A stretch of 60,896 bases of DNA from Spirochaetes bacterium RBG_13_51_14 (GTDB lineage Bacteria > Spirochaetota > UBA4802 > UBA5550), in contig MIBH01000009.1 in assembly GCA_001829455.1 (NCBI GenBank), forward strand, positions 2,263 to 63,158. Reading direction: 5' to 3'. Positions within the stretch are counted from its first letter, which is position 1. The number at the start of each line of letters is the position of its first letter. Shown piece after piece: positions 47,329-56,743 of the stretch. The notes under the pieces are model-generated. The model did not search any database and was not told the origin of the DNA. It worked only from the letters and a program-made list of their open reading frames with translations. The translations under genes and the position numbers were made by a program.

Positions 47329-47709
47329 ATGGATGGGACGCCATTAATGGGCCACTGTAAAAGAAGAGGGTACTGCTGTCAGGACGTACGCCTGGCGGAA
47401 TCGCCCGATCTGTTGCGAGCGGCGTATGAATTCTGGAGGCGATCGTCAAAAATCGACCCTCGATTTTCTGAAATCTACATTATATTTCCCATGCTTGTTT
47501 TCAAGCACGAAAGTCCGGATGAGAACCTTCCCTATCATTACCGGTGCAAACACTTCACCACCGATGAACAAGGCCTTCCGTCCTGCTCCATTTATCCCTA
47601 TCGTCCGCGCATGTGCCGGGATTTTCCCTGTTACGAGGACGTGATGCACCTGGTCCGTGACGAGCCGCTGTCGCCCTATGATGGATGCGGGTACAATGAT
47701 CCGGATTGA
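47329..47709 (+). CDS. YkgJ-family Cys-cluster (zinc/iron-chelating) protein
   Basis: CKRRGYCC ... CSIYPYRPRMCRDFPC pattern. Confidence 0.75.
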   Translation: MDGTPLMGHCKRRGYCCQDVRLAESPDLLRAAYEFWRRSSKIDPRFSEIYIIFPMLVFKHESPDENLPYHYRCKHFTTDEQGLPSCSIYPYRPRMCRDFPCYEDVMHLVRDEPLSPYDGCGYNDPD

Positions 47710-47856
47710 ACCCGGATGAAACGGCAATAAAACATTTGACAGAGCGCCGCGGTATGGGATTAATAAATTTTATTTCTTGAAGTTCCCTCAAGCGCCCTCC
47801 GGGGAATTGACGGGCTATCATAGTCACATTTTACAAACCATCTACCGGGTACCACC

Positions 47857-50800
47857 ATGGAATATATCAACATCAGCCACAAACGGGATTATGAATTCAA
47901 GATACACACGGTATCGAGCGAGCATCATGAGTCCTATACCGTGTTCAACATTATGCGCGACAAGGGCTACTGGTGCAGCAGAAAGAGCGACGAGAATATG
48001 ACTGAATACATAATCATCGACCTCCAGAGCGCCGTCACCATCGATTACATTGAGATGGCCGCGTCTCCCAACGGACCGAAAACCTTTCCCCGCGATTTCC
48101 GCTTCGAGGGAAGCCTTGACGGCGATTGCTGGATGGTGATGCATGCGGAAAATAAACTGGAGCTGGAATCTGACCGATACCGTCTTGACATCCCCCTCGC
48201 AATCGTCCGCTACCTGAAGATCCTTATCACCGCACATCAGCAGAGCGATGAAGGGTTTTATTCCGAAATCGGCCGTGTCCGGACTGGTATCGCCGGCGTT
48301 AGCACTATCAGGTCGAGCGGCGCCTCGTCTGCCGACCGAGGCCCGGACGCCGTATTAAAGGACGATCCGGAAACCTACTGGGAATCAGAACCCAAATCAC
48401 ACGCCGCCAAGGAATCGCTCCTTATCGACATGGGCAAGCTCTTCCACATCAACCGGATCATACTCGGCTCGGCCTCGAAAGGATTCCCCGAGAGTTTTTA
48501 TATTGAGGCAAGCGCGGACAACAACGTGTGGATGCCGCTCCTTGAGGAAAAAAACTTCAAGGCCCAGGCGAACAAAAAATACTACTGGAAGACCGATATC
48601 ACGCCGGCCCAGTATGTCCGCATTGAGGCTAAGGGGGTAAAATATCCAGAAGGGAAGTACGGCGTCCAGATTTCTCACGTGGAGATTTCCGCAGCGCCTT
48701 TTAATCCATTCCATACCCATAACATCGGCGACCTGACGCCGTACGCTTCAATATTCCAGGCCGGCATCGTGCGACTTTCCAAGGACGGTGACGATAGCCC
48801 GGGTACCGCCATCCAGGGAAACGACCGGCGACTGCGTGATGCTTCCGCCATATTCAAGGGCATTGTCCAGATGGCGGATGACGGCGACGCCACAAAAGGC
48901 CTGGCTATCCAGGCATCGGACTCGCGCCTGAAGCAGGCAACCGACCTGAAGCCGGGCATTGTCCGTCTCGCTCATGACCGGGAAACAAAGGCCGGGTCTG
49001 CGGTGCAGGGCAGCGATTCGCGCCTCAGGGACGCAACCACCGAAAATTTTGGAATTGTCAAATTGTGCCCCGACGGCATGTACAAGGAAAACGCGGCGGT
49101 AACGGGAAACGATTCAAGGCTGCATAAGGCCGCGGTTGAATCATACGGCATCTGCAGGCTCGCGCCCGAAGGCGGCACTGCGTCCGGTACCGCGGTACAG
49201 GCGAATGACAAGCGTTTACGCGAAGCCACAACCACTTTCAAGGGGATCGTCGAGCTGGCGGAAGACGGCGAGGACGTCGCCGGCGTGGCAGTACAAGGAA
49301 ACGACCGGCGCCTCAGGGACGCAACCACCACTGCAAAAGGGATCGTCGAGCTGGCCGAGGATGGCGAGGACGCTGCCGGCGTGGCGGTCCAGGGTAACGA
49401 CCGGCGCCTCAAAATCGCAACGGAACATTCAAAAGGAATTGTCGAGCTGGCAGAAAATGGCGAAGCGAATCCCGGGGTTGTCGTCCAAGGCAGCGACCGG
49501 CGCCTCAGGGACGCAACCACCACTGCAAAAGGGATCGTCGGGCTGGCCGAGGACGGCGAGAACAAGGCGGGCGTCGCCGTCCAGGGCAGCGACAAACGGC
49601 TCAAGGACGCAACCACCACTGCAAAAGGGATCGTCGAGCTGGCCGAGGACGGCGAGAACAAGGCGGGCGTCGCCGTCCAGGGCAGCGACAAACGGCTCAG
49701 GGACGCAACCACCACCACAAAAGGGATCGTCGAGCTGGCCGAGGACGGCAAGAACAAGGCGGGCGTCGCCGTCCAGGGCAGCGACAAACGGCTCAGGGAC
49801 GCAACCACCGCCGCCAAAGGCATCGTGAAGCTAGCTAAGGACGGCGAAGACAAACCGGGTGTTGCCGTTCAGGGCAGCGACAAACGGCTTAAAAACGCAA
49901 CTGCATCCTCCAAGGGTATCGTGAGGCTGGCTGAAGACGGAGAAACAAATTCCGGCGTGGCAGTCCAGGGCAGCGACAAACGGCTCAGGGACGCAACCAC
50001 CATATCGAAAGGCATTGTTGAACTGGCTGAAGACGGAGAGGACGCCCCCGGGGCGGCCGTGCAGGGAAACGACAAGCGACTCAAACCGGCCACCGAATCC
50101 GCCCCGGGCATTGTTGAACTTGTTAAAAATAATGAATCAAAGCCAGGCCGGGTGGTGCAGTCAACGGACGAGCGCCTCTCCAATGCCCGGCCTCCCCTGC
50201 CCCACACCCATGAGTACGCCCCCATCAGCCATGAATTCAGCTCCCATACCGGAACCATATCGGTCCGGAACACCAAGCACGAAGTCTTTCCCGAAATAAC
50301 TCCTCCGTCAGATGGCTCTGCGATCATATACGCGAAAAACGAGTCCGTGGAATCCGGTTCGATCGGGATTTCGGGCATCGCCGGAATATCTGCGGAGAAA
50401 AATATTCATTCCTATGGCATGGTGGGGCACGGCGGCCATGTCGGCGTGCGGGGGCAGTCATCCGGAGATCCGGACGGGGAGAACAGGGGATGCGGCGTCA
50501 TGGGACTTTCACGGTTCGGAGCCGGCGGAGTCTTCTCCAGCGAGCATAACTTTTCCCTGGTGGCCGACGGCTTTGGAACCATCGGGCAGTATGACGACTC
50601 CGTACACCTGGCCGGCAGCGGCGACGCGCTGTTCGTGAACGGCGCTTCCGTTTTCCAGGGTACAATGCACATTCACAACACGGGAACCGGCGAGACCGAG
50701 AACTTCCCCGCCAACATGGTGGAGCTCTTCGAGGTGGATGATGCCGAGTATATCGCGCCGGGCGACCTACTCGTGGCGAGCGACACGGGCAAATCGATAC

Positions 50801-51114
50801 TGTCGCGCTCCCGGAACGAATACAGTCGCGCCGTGATCGGCATTGTCTCGGGCAATCCAACCATTATCATCAACAACAGCGGGAAGGAAAAAAAGGTCTA
50901 TCCCGTGGCCCTGGCCGGCACGGCGCTCTGCAAAATTGATGCGCGGAAAAATCCGGTTCGTCCCGGGGATCCGGTGGTCACTTCCGATACCCCCGGGTGC
51001 GGGATGGCAGGCGCAGTAGATTCTTTCGATAAAATCGGAACGGTTATCGGGAAGGCCCTTGATGCTCTTGAGGATGGGATTGGCTTCATCCCGGTTTTTA
51101 TAACACACCAGTAA
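47857..51114 (+). CDS. 1085-aa repeat protein: two discoidin (F5/8 type C)-like modules, 15 x 32-aa tail-fibre-like repeats, Gly-rich C-terminal domain
   Basis: Long uninterrupted ORF. YWCS../YWESEP.. modules with the IDLxxxxxI..I pattern. Repeat consensus GIVELAEDGExxAGVAVQGSDKRLRDATTTAK. No signal peptide and no clear SD. Confidence 0.9.
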   Translation: MEYINISHKRDYEFKIHTVSSEHHESYTVFNIMRDKGYWCSRKSDENMTEYIIIDLQSAVTIDYIEMAASPNGPKTFPRDFRFEGSLDGDCWMVMHAENKLELESDRYRLDIPLAIVRYLKILITAHQQSDEGFYSEIGRVRTGIAGVSTIRSSGASSADRGPDAVLKDDPETYWESEPKSHAAKESLLIDMGKLFHINRIILGSASKGFPESFYIEASADNNVWMPLLEEKNFKAQANKKYYWKTDITPAQYVRIEAKGVKYPEGKYGVQISHVEISAAPFNPFHTHNIGDLTPYASIFQAGIVRLSKDGDDSPGTAIQGNDRRLRDASAIFKGIVQMADDGDATKGLAIQASDSRLKQATDLKPGIVRLAHDRETKAGSAVQGSDSRLRDATTENFGIVKLCPDGMYKENAAVTGNDSRLHKAAVESYGICRLAPEGGTASGTAVQANDKRLREATTTFKGIVELAEDGEDVAGVAVQGNDRRLRDATTTAKGIVELAEDGEDAAGVAVQGNDRRLKIATEHSKGIVELAENGEANPGVVVQGSDRRLRDATTTAKGIVGLAEDGENKAGVAVQGSDKRLKDATTTAKGIVELAEDGENKAGVAVQGSDKRLRDATTTTKGIVELAEDGKNKAGVAVQGSDKRLRDATTAAKGIVKLAKDGEDKPGVAVQGSDKRLKNATASSKGIVRLAEDGETNSGVAVQGSDKRLRDATTISKGIVELAEDGEDAPGAAVQGNDKRLKPATESAPGIVELVKNNESKPGRVVQSTDERLSNARPPLPHTHEYAPISHEFSSHTGTISVRNTKHEVFPEITPPSDGSAIIYAKNESVESGSIGISGIAGISAEKNIHSYGMVGHGGHVGVRGQSSGDPDGENRGCGVMGLSRFGAGGVFSSEHNFSLVADGFGTIGQYDDSVHLAGSGDALFVNGASVFQGTMHIHNTGTGETENFPANMVELFEVDDAEYIAPGDLLVASDTGKSILSRSRNEYSRAVIGIVSGNPTIIINNSGKEKKVYPVALAGTALCKIDARKNPVRPGDPVVTSDTPGCGMAGAVDSFDKIGTVIGKALDALEDGIGFIPVFITHQ
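48763..50202 (+). repeat. 15 tandem 96-bp coding repeats inside the large ORF
   Basis: Period measured from GGGATCGTCG recurring at 49531, 49627 and 49723. Units 6-11 are almost identical at the nucleotide level. Confidence 0.95.
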
Positions 51115-51151
51115 ATGGATCTCAAACTGTAAAAATACCTACCGGGCCTGG

Positions 51152-51775
51152 CTATATGCCCATCTGCCTGAGTATGGCGAGCTCCACTCTATTGAATACC
51201 CGGAACTGGTAATCGCTCAATTCCTTGGTTATCTTTTTATCGACATAGGTTATCCTGCGGCAGTAGGGTTTGTCCTCATACCGGTCAACCCACATGACTA
51301 TGATGGTCTGGTTCCCGTTCCACGCCAGTGCCCCCTGGTTTTTATGCAAGTTTTCATTCGTGCAGGGGCCGTATTTATCTTCTATTCGTTTTTTCACTTC
51401 CGCCATCGTGAGATACGGGAATTTCAGCGCAACGTAAAACAGCGTGCCTTCATCGGCCTTTTCCTGCTCCCCGGGTTTCTTTTCTTCCTCCTTCTTGCCG
51501 GAATCCTTGACAGCATCGGCGCTTTCGAGGGTCGGATCAACGTAGAAGAACCCGTAATGGTATTCCAGCTCCCCTTCCTTTGAGAGTATTATGCTTTTTT
51601 CATCGGTAAAGACAATCTTCCCCTTTATTTTATCAATCGCGTTAGAGAGCTTTGTGCCCCACGTCATATTTTCATATCCGCCGGGAATGGCGCTGATGGT
51701 TTTTGTGTCGATCTTTTCCTGGCCGTTCGCAGCTGCGAAAAGGAGAAGAATCGTCATGAGAAAAAAACGTTTCAT
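51152..51775 (-). CDS. hypothetical secreted protein
   Basis: Signal peptide MKRFFLMTILLLFAAANG. 207 aa with an acidic/Lys-rich linker. No motif recognised. Confidence 0.65.
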   Translation of the reverse strand: MKRFFLMTILLLFAAANGQEKIDTKTISAIPGGYENMTWGTKLSNAIDKIKGKIVFTDEKSIILSKEGELEYHYGFFYVDPTLESADAVKDSGKKEEEKKPGEQEKADEGTLFYVALKFPYLTMAEVKKRIEDKYGPCTNENLHKNQGALAWNGNQTIIVMWVDRYEDKPYCRRITYVDKKITKELSDYQFRVFNRVELAILRQMGI

Positions 51776-52005
51776 AGAGGCACCTCAGAAAAATATTTTC
51801 ATCGTTTCTTTGTTAATGCAATACATCATTTTCGTTTTGAACACCATTCAGCGGGAAAACCGCCGCTCCTTCACCGGAAATGTCATTTGATTTCATATCA
51901 TATATCGGCAATTTTACTATGCAAAAGTTAAAAAAATAGTGGACTCGGCTGATATATTCTTGGTCTAATGATGACAGTTTACATATCATCCACCGGGAGG
52001 AACAT

Positions 52006-52329
52006 ATGGCAAAGCTTATTGAGGTAAACAGCTCCAATTTCGACAAGGAAGTTATGAAATCAGACGTTCCGGTGCTGATAGATTTCTGGGCCCCCTGGTG
52101 CGGCCCCTGCAAGATGCAGGTGCCCATCCTTGAGAAACTCGCTCAGTCCGCTGAAATCAACGCAACAATCGCTAAAATAAACACGGATGAGAATCCGGAT
52201 ATCGCCCAAAAATTCGGGATAACATCCATCCCCACCCTCATAATCATGCAAGGGGGCGCAGAGGTTGAACGGTTTGTGGGGGTTCAGCCTGAAACAGTGC
52301 TGAAACAGAAGCTGAAACAGCAGGGATGA
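52006..52329 (+). CDS. trxA: thioredoxin
   Basis: WAPWCGPCK active site. 107 aa. Confidence 0.96.
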   Translation: MAKLIEVNSSNFDKEVMKSDVPVLIDFWAPWCGPCKMQVPILEKLAQSAEINATIAKINTDENPDIAQKFGITSIPTLIIMQGGAEVERFVGVQPETVLKQKLKQQG

Positions 52330-52332
52330 TGT

Positions 52333-52782
52333 ATGCGCGCCGTCATCCAGCGGGTGTTGCAGGCCTCCGTGCAGGTTGACGAAAACCCAGTGGCCTCCAT
52401 CGGCAGGGGCCTTTTGATACTCGCCGGATTTCATGAATCCGATACCGGAAACGATATGGAATACGTGGCCGGAAAAATTCTGGGAGTGCGCATATTTGAT
52501 GATGCCGACGGCGTCATGAACCTGTCCGTCGCCGATACCGGCGACGAAATCCTCCTGGTGCCTCAGTTCACCCTCTACGGCGATGCGCGGAAGGGCAAGC
52601 GGCCCTCCTACTCAAGCGCCATGGAATCGGATGCTGCCCGCGCGGCCTTTGCCGCCTTTTTCGATCTGTGTCGGTCCATGCATGAAAAAACGAAAGCGGG
52701 CGTCTTTGGAGCGGACATGAAGGTTTCCCTGATCAACGACGGGCCGGTTACGATCCTCATCGACAGCAGCAGGCTTTTTTAA
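52333..52782 (+). CDS. dtd: D-aminoacyl-tRNA deacylase
   Basis: MRAVIQRV..A.V.V......IG.GLLIL.G N-terminus and C-terminal NDGPVT motif. Confidence 0.93.
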   Translation: MRAVIQRVLQASVQVDENPVASIGRGLLILAGFHESDTGNDMEYVAGKILGVRIFDDADGVMNLSVADTGDEILLVPQFTLYGDARKGKRPSYSSAMESDAARAAFAAFFDLCRSMHEKTKAGVFGADMKVSLINDGPVTILIDSSRLF

Positions 52783-52806
52783 CCGGCGTGGCGCGCCCGG
52801 TTACTC

Positions 52807-53907
52807 TCACAGACTGCTTCCCGTTTTCCACAGGATGTAGCTGATGATATTGGAATCGTTTTCGTTCAGTTTGATTTTTTTCGCGGCCAGCAAGCCATTG
52901 ACGCGCTGAACAAAAATATCTCCGATAAGCGTCAACCGGTGGCTGATCCGGTCAAAATATTCGCATGGAAGGAAATCGAGAACCATAATCAAGGCGCACG
53001 CCTGTTCTTCATCGTCAACCAGCTGCTTCATGCTGTCAAGTCCGGCATATAAGAGGATATTGCAGACGGAATTATACACGTCCGGGAGGTATGAATTATA
53101 ATAATCGGCGGCGGGCACGGCCTGGAGCATGCGCAAGATCCATGTGAGCGCCCGGGATTTTTTAAGAGGATCGGCGCTCGATTCGATAAACTGCAGGGCG
53201 AACAGGAGTGAATAGAGATCGCCGTGAATTTCATTGTTCTCAATGAAGGCGCCGTCGAAGGATGTCGCGTATGCAATGAGCCTGTTGTATTCTTCGTTAT
53301 CCGTCATCAGCAGGTCCCAGTACCTGAAAGCGGCGCCAAAATTTTTCAATCCGGCCAGTGCCAGAATTTTCACCTCGATGCCGCCCCGTTCCTTGGCGAT
53401 GTTATAGTAAAAATTGAGAAGATCTTCGCGGTCGAACGACAGGAGCGCGTGAAGTATCGACCGCTGCAACACCGGCTGTTCGTAGTATTCGACCATCAGC
53501 AGGGGGATATACTCATTGAAACCGCACTGCCGAATGATGATGGTGTCTTCATGCGTGAGCAGTCTCTTGTTGAGATTGCTTGAATAGGTCTCCTTTCCGC
53601 AGAAAATATCAAGGTATATGGCCAGACGGGAAATCAGGTCTTCGGTTATGTATCCTCGCACCGTGCTGTCCGGCGGCATGTTTTCCGTGAGCTCGAATGC
53701 GATCTGGTCGAGAAGCTCAATAAAATTTATTGATATTTCGTCGGGGTTTTCCTGTACCGGGCGGCGGCATTCTTCCAGGTGCGATGAAGTAAAGGATGCT
53801 ATCAGTTGCAGAGCCTCGATTTTTGAAGAGGCTGATCTTATTTTTTCATGACAAGCATGGGCAAACTCGTTGATTCCCTCTCCCCGTAGTTGCAGAACGC
53901 TATCCAT
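52807..53907 (-). CDS. hypothetical all-helical (HEAT/ARM-like?) protein
   Basis: 366-aa ORF, no signal peptide, no motif recognised. Confidence 0.6.
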   Translation of the reverse strand: MDSVLQLRGEGINEFAHACHEKIRSASSKIEALQLIASFTSSHLEECRRPVQENPDEISINFIELLDQIAFELTENMPPDSTVRGYITEDLISRLAIYLDIFCGKETYSSNLNKRLLTHEDTIIIRQCGFNEYIPLLMVEYYEQPVLQRSILHALLSFDREDLLNFYYNIAKERGGIEVKILALAGLKNFGAAFRYWDLLMTDNEEYNRLIAYATSFDGAFIENNEIHGDLYSLLFALQFIESSADPLKKSRALTWILRMLQAVPAADYYNSYLPDVYNSVCNILLYAGLDSMKQLVDDEEQACALIMVLDFLPCEYFDRISHRLTLIGDIFVQRVNGLLAAKKIKLNENDSNIISYILWKTGSSL

Positions 53908-54059
53908 ATGACTCCCACGGTCGAAACAGTAATTACGCCTCAGTTACCAGAAGGTACGCTCGCCTCTATATGTCGAGAATTTTTTTTTATTCCGTCAAAA
54001 AAACCGATGTGCGCGGTGGTGGGCCGGGAGGAGACTGGCGCTTCCTCCCGATCGTCCGA

Positions 54060-54993
54060 TCAGTCATTCATCAAGGAGCCCTTTATCGTTCCTGTAAGCC
54101 CGGTAGGTTTATCGATATAGCTTAGAGAACCCCACGCGTTGACCGCCCTGCCGCTCGCGGTCATGCCCAGAAGAGAAGGAACGGGTTCGCCTCCCTCTTT
54201 TATCGAGTTGACGACATCCTGGCTGGTGTAGTCCGGATTATTGGCTTTAATCATTGCGGCCAGCCCGGTAACATACGGCGTCGCCATCGACGTGCCCCGG
54301 GCGATTCTGTATGCGTCGTTTCTTTTCCATACCGCTCTCAGATAAAAATCTTTGATTTCGATTCCGGCATAAGCACTATTGGTGCCCGACGTGTTTGTAG
54401 TTGACGCCCGTATCCAGAACCGCGACCACAACCGAGCTGCAATCCGTTGCATGGTCCCACGCACGTTCGGCGTCCATATCATAGCCGGCCGTTCCGGGAT
54501 TGTTGGCCGTGATTGCGCCATCGCCGGAGATGGTCTGGCCGGTGTTCTTCAGTCCCCACAGCTGTTCGTACAGGGGATCGTTCGGTACCGTGTTTAAAAT
54601 CCGATAAATGTAATTTGGCTGGATGAACCCCGCGCATGCATAGATTGTCTTTGAAGTCGGGGATTTGGCGCCGCGTATATACGGCGCATAAACGGCGACC
54701 GCGGATCCGGAATTCGGTGTAACGGTCAGTGTATACCCGCCGCCGTCACTGTTGACCGCCCGTTCCCTGTTCGCTTCCCAGGAAAACGCAACGCGTCTCA
54801 TATTCCCGGGGCAGGATACGCCGAAAATATCGATGTCCGGTTCAGCCAATCCGAGCAGAAGCATGTTGTTCTCTGAATTGTCATTGCCGCCGTCCGTTCC
54901 GCATCCGGTTTGGCCCGCTACCATCAAAACGATAGTAAGGAAAAATATAAAAATAACATATAATTTTGTTGAGATACATTCCGATCTTTTCAT
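54060..54993 (-). pseudogene. decayed S8 (subtilisin-like) serine protease lipoprotein gene: frameshift plus loss of the His/Asn core
   Basis: ORF 54376-54993 has lipobox AGQTGC and the Asp motif [10 protein letters not shown], then stops. The overlapping ORF 54060-54521 in another frame carries GTSMATPYVTGLAAMI. The Asp and Ser motifs lie only about 125 nt apart, and no HGTH motif appears in any frame. Confidence 0.7.
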
Positions 54994-55330
54994 CCCGGTC
55001 CTCCGAATATAGCATAAGATGAACTGTAAAATTACACACTCATTTCAGAATAACGGCCTTTAACACATCCTTGAGATATGGATATGATGATATGAAAAAC
55101 AAATGTCATAGCCACTCACTTATTCTGATGTTACTATATAGTCATAAAAGCGTCTAAAATTAACGGAAAAAAATGTATTAATATACATTCTGCTTAAAAA
55201 TTATTCACGCACATCCAGTTACGTATGAGCGCATCCAAAAACATGGTACGCCCTCTATGCGGTAAAGAATTCACGGCCATTTATATAGCAGTTTGCTTAA
55301 AAAACGGGGGTGTCCCAAAAGTCGGAATTT

Positions 55331-55490
55331 CCTTCCCCCTTGATGGCCGCTCTCGGCCATCCGTGGCCTCCGCGGCATTGGTACATCCTGTACGGCAGGT
55401 GAGGATAGGGGGGGGGGATTTAACTTCTGATGTTTTCAGGACTGATACATCACCCTCCCCTATCCCCTCCCATCGAGGGAGGGGGAAAGG
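55331..55490. repeat. C-tract/G-tract hairpin repeat pair; the first copy is interrupted and includes a G10 run at 55408-55417
   Basis: The second unit ATCACCCTCCCCTATCCCCTCCC-atcga-GGGAGGGGGAA closely matches the reverse complement of 40576-40613. Both loci share the spacer motif CTGATACATC. Confidence 0.75.
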
Positions 55491-55720
55491 CGCTTATTAG
55501 ACAGCCACGATTCGATACACGTATGTATCACCGCTTTTCGAGGCGTATGCAGAGAATAACGTGATAGAATAATAAAATCCACATGAACGGCTTTCCCACC
55601 GCTCCATCCTCCTGACACACCCCGACTTTAATGAATGAGTGTTAGTAGTTTTAACTCCTGGCATGAGAAAAATTTTTCTGATTTTAACCTCCGGTTCGTA
55701 TACAGAACAAAGGAGGCTCC

Positions 55721-56743
55721 ATGCCGCGGATACGGAAATATCTCCTCATCATAATACTCATCCTGAAAACTCAGCTCTCCGCGCAACTGCTGATCAATGA
55801 GCTGGTTACCGAAACCACCAGCGACTGGGTTGAATTAACGCTGGCGAGTCCGACGCAGCAGTCGATGGATATCTCCGGTTTATACGTCACCATGTATTAT
55901 GGAACCAACGAGCCCCTGGCGGCCGAGCCAGTCACCATATACAGTTATGATCGCGCGGAAACGCCCTATGACGACCGCTATGTTGTGGTTCATCTCACCA
56001 AACCGGACATCCCTGACGAGACCGACCGTACCGGCGATACCAACGGCAACGGATATATCGATATATACTGCAATAATTATTTCGGCAGCCTCTGGAACAC
56101 AGACGGCGTTGTAGCTATTGACAGTGACGACGATCCGGCGAACGGGGGGATTATTGATTTCGTGTTTTACTCCAACCGAGACGGGAGTCCCAGCGAAGCG
56201 ATACTGGCGTATGTGACCGGCGCGCAGTCATATGGTCAGTGGCGGGGGTTTTCCGGCGAGAGCCCTCAGGAATGCGCCGCATTCATCGGAAAAAAAGGGC
56301 TCCCCTCGTACATGAGCCTGTCACGGAAGAATCGGGCTGACACCAATTCCGCCGACGATGTTGCCGTGACCAACATCCAGACGCCCGGCGCGCCGAACAT
56401 CACCGCGCCATTGTTCATGGGAAACCGCCTCTTCAAGCCCCTGCGAAAAAAAATCACCATCATACCCGGTCACTGCCTGTTCGGCAGCGGCTGCATACCG
56501 GTTTTCGTGTTTGCGCCCTGCGTCATAAAATTGCGCATCTTCACGGTTACCGGCATCGCTATCCACGAGTCTCCCCTGTTCCCGTCGGTGAATCCGGGAC
56601 TGTGTACACTCTTCTGGAACCCCCTTCTGCAGCACAGGCGCCCGCCCACGGGATTGTATCTGTGTAAAATCGAGGCGGTTAATCCTTCCCTTCGCCTCGC
56701 CGAGGAAGAGATAATCTACATCCTGCTGAGCCATTACCGATGA
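55721..56743 (+). CDS. secreted lamin-tail-domain (LTD) protein with a C-terminal beta-sandwich (FlgD-Ig / sorting-domain-like) segment
   Basis: Signal peptide ..ILKTQLSA. LLINELVTETTSDWVELT..DISGLYV is the LTD N-terminal pattern. The C-terminus IKLRIFTVTGIAIHE..LFWNP..PTGLYLCKIEA resembles Ig-like sorting domains. AAGGAGG lies upstream. Confidence 0.7.
   Translation: MPRIRKYLLIIILILKTQLSAQLLINELVTETTSDWVELTLASPTQQSMDISGLYVTMYYGTNEPLAAEPVTIYSYDRAETPYDDRYVVVHLTKPDIPDETDRTGDTNGNGYIDIYCNNYFGSLWNTDGVVAIDSDDDPANGGIIDFVFYSNRDGSPSEAILAYVTGAQSYGQWRGFSGESPQECAAFIGKKGLPSYMSLSRKNRADTNSADDVAVTNIQTPGAPNITAPLFMGNRLFKPLRKKITIIPGHCLFGSGCIPVFVFAPCVIKLRIFTVTGIAIHESPLFPSVNPGLCTLFWNPLLQHRRPPTGLYLCKIEAVNPSLRLAEEEIIYILLSHYR

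Noticed and set aside
48972-49853. 293-aa minus-strand ORF and regular ~96-bp periodicity, which could at first glance suggest a CRISPR-like array or a second repeat protein.
   Set aside because: The periodicity is the coding repeat of the large plus-strand ORF. There are no unique spacers between the units, and the antisense translation is a Ser/Pro/Ala-rich mirror artefact.
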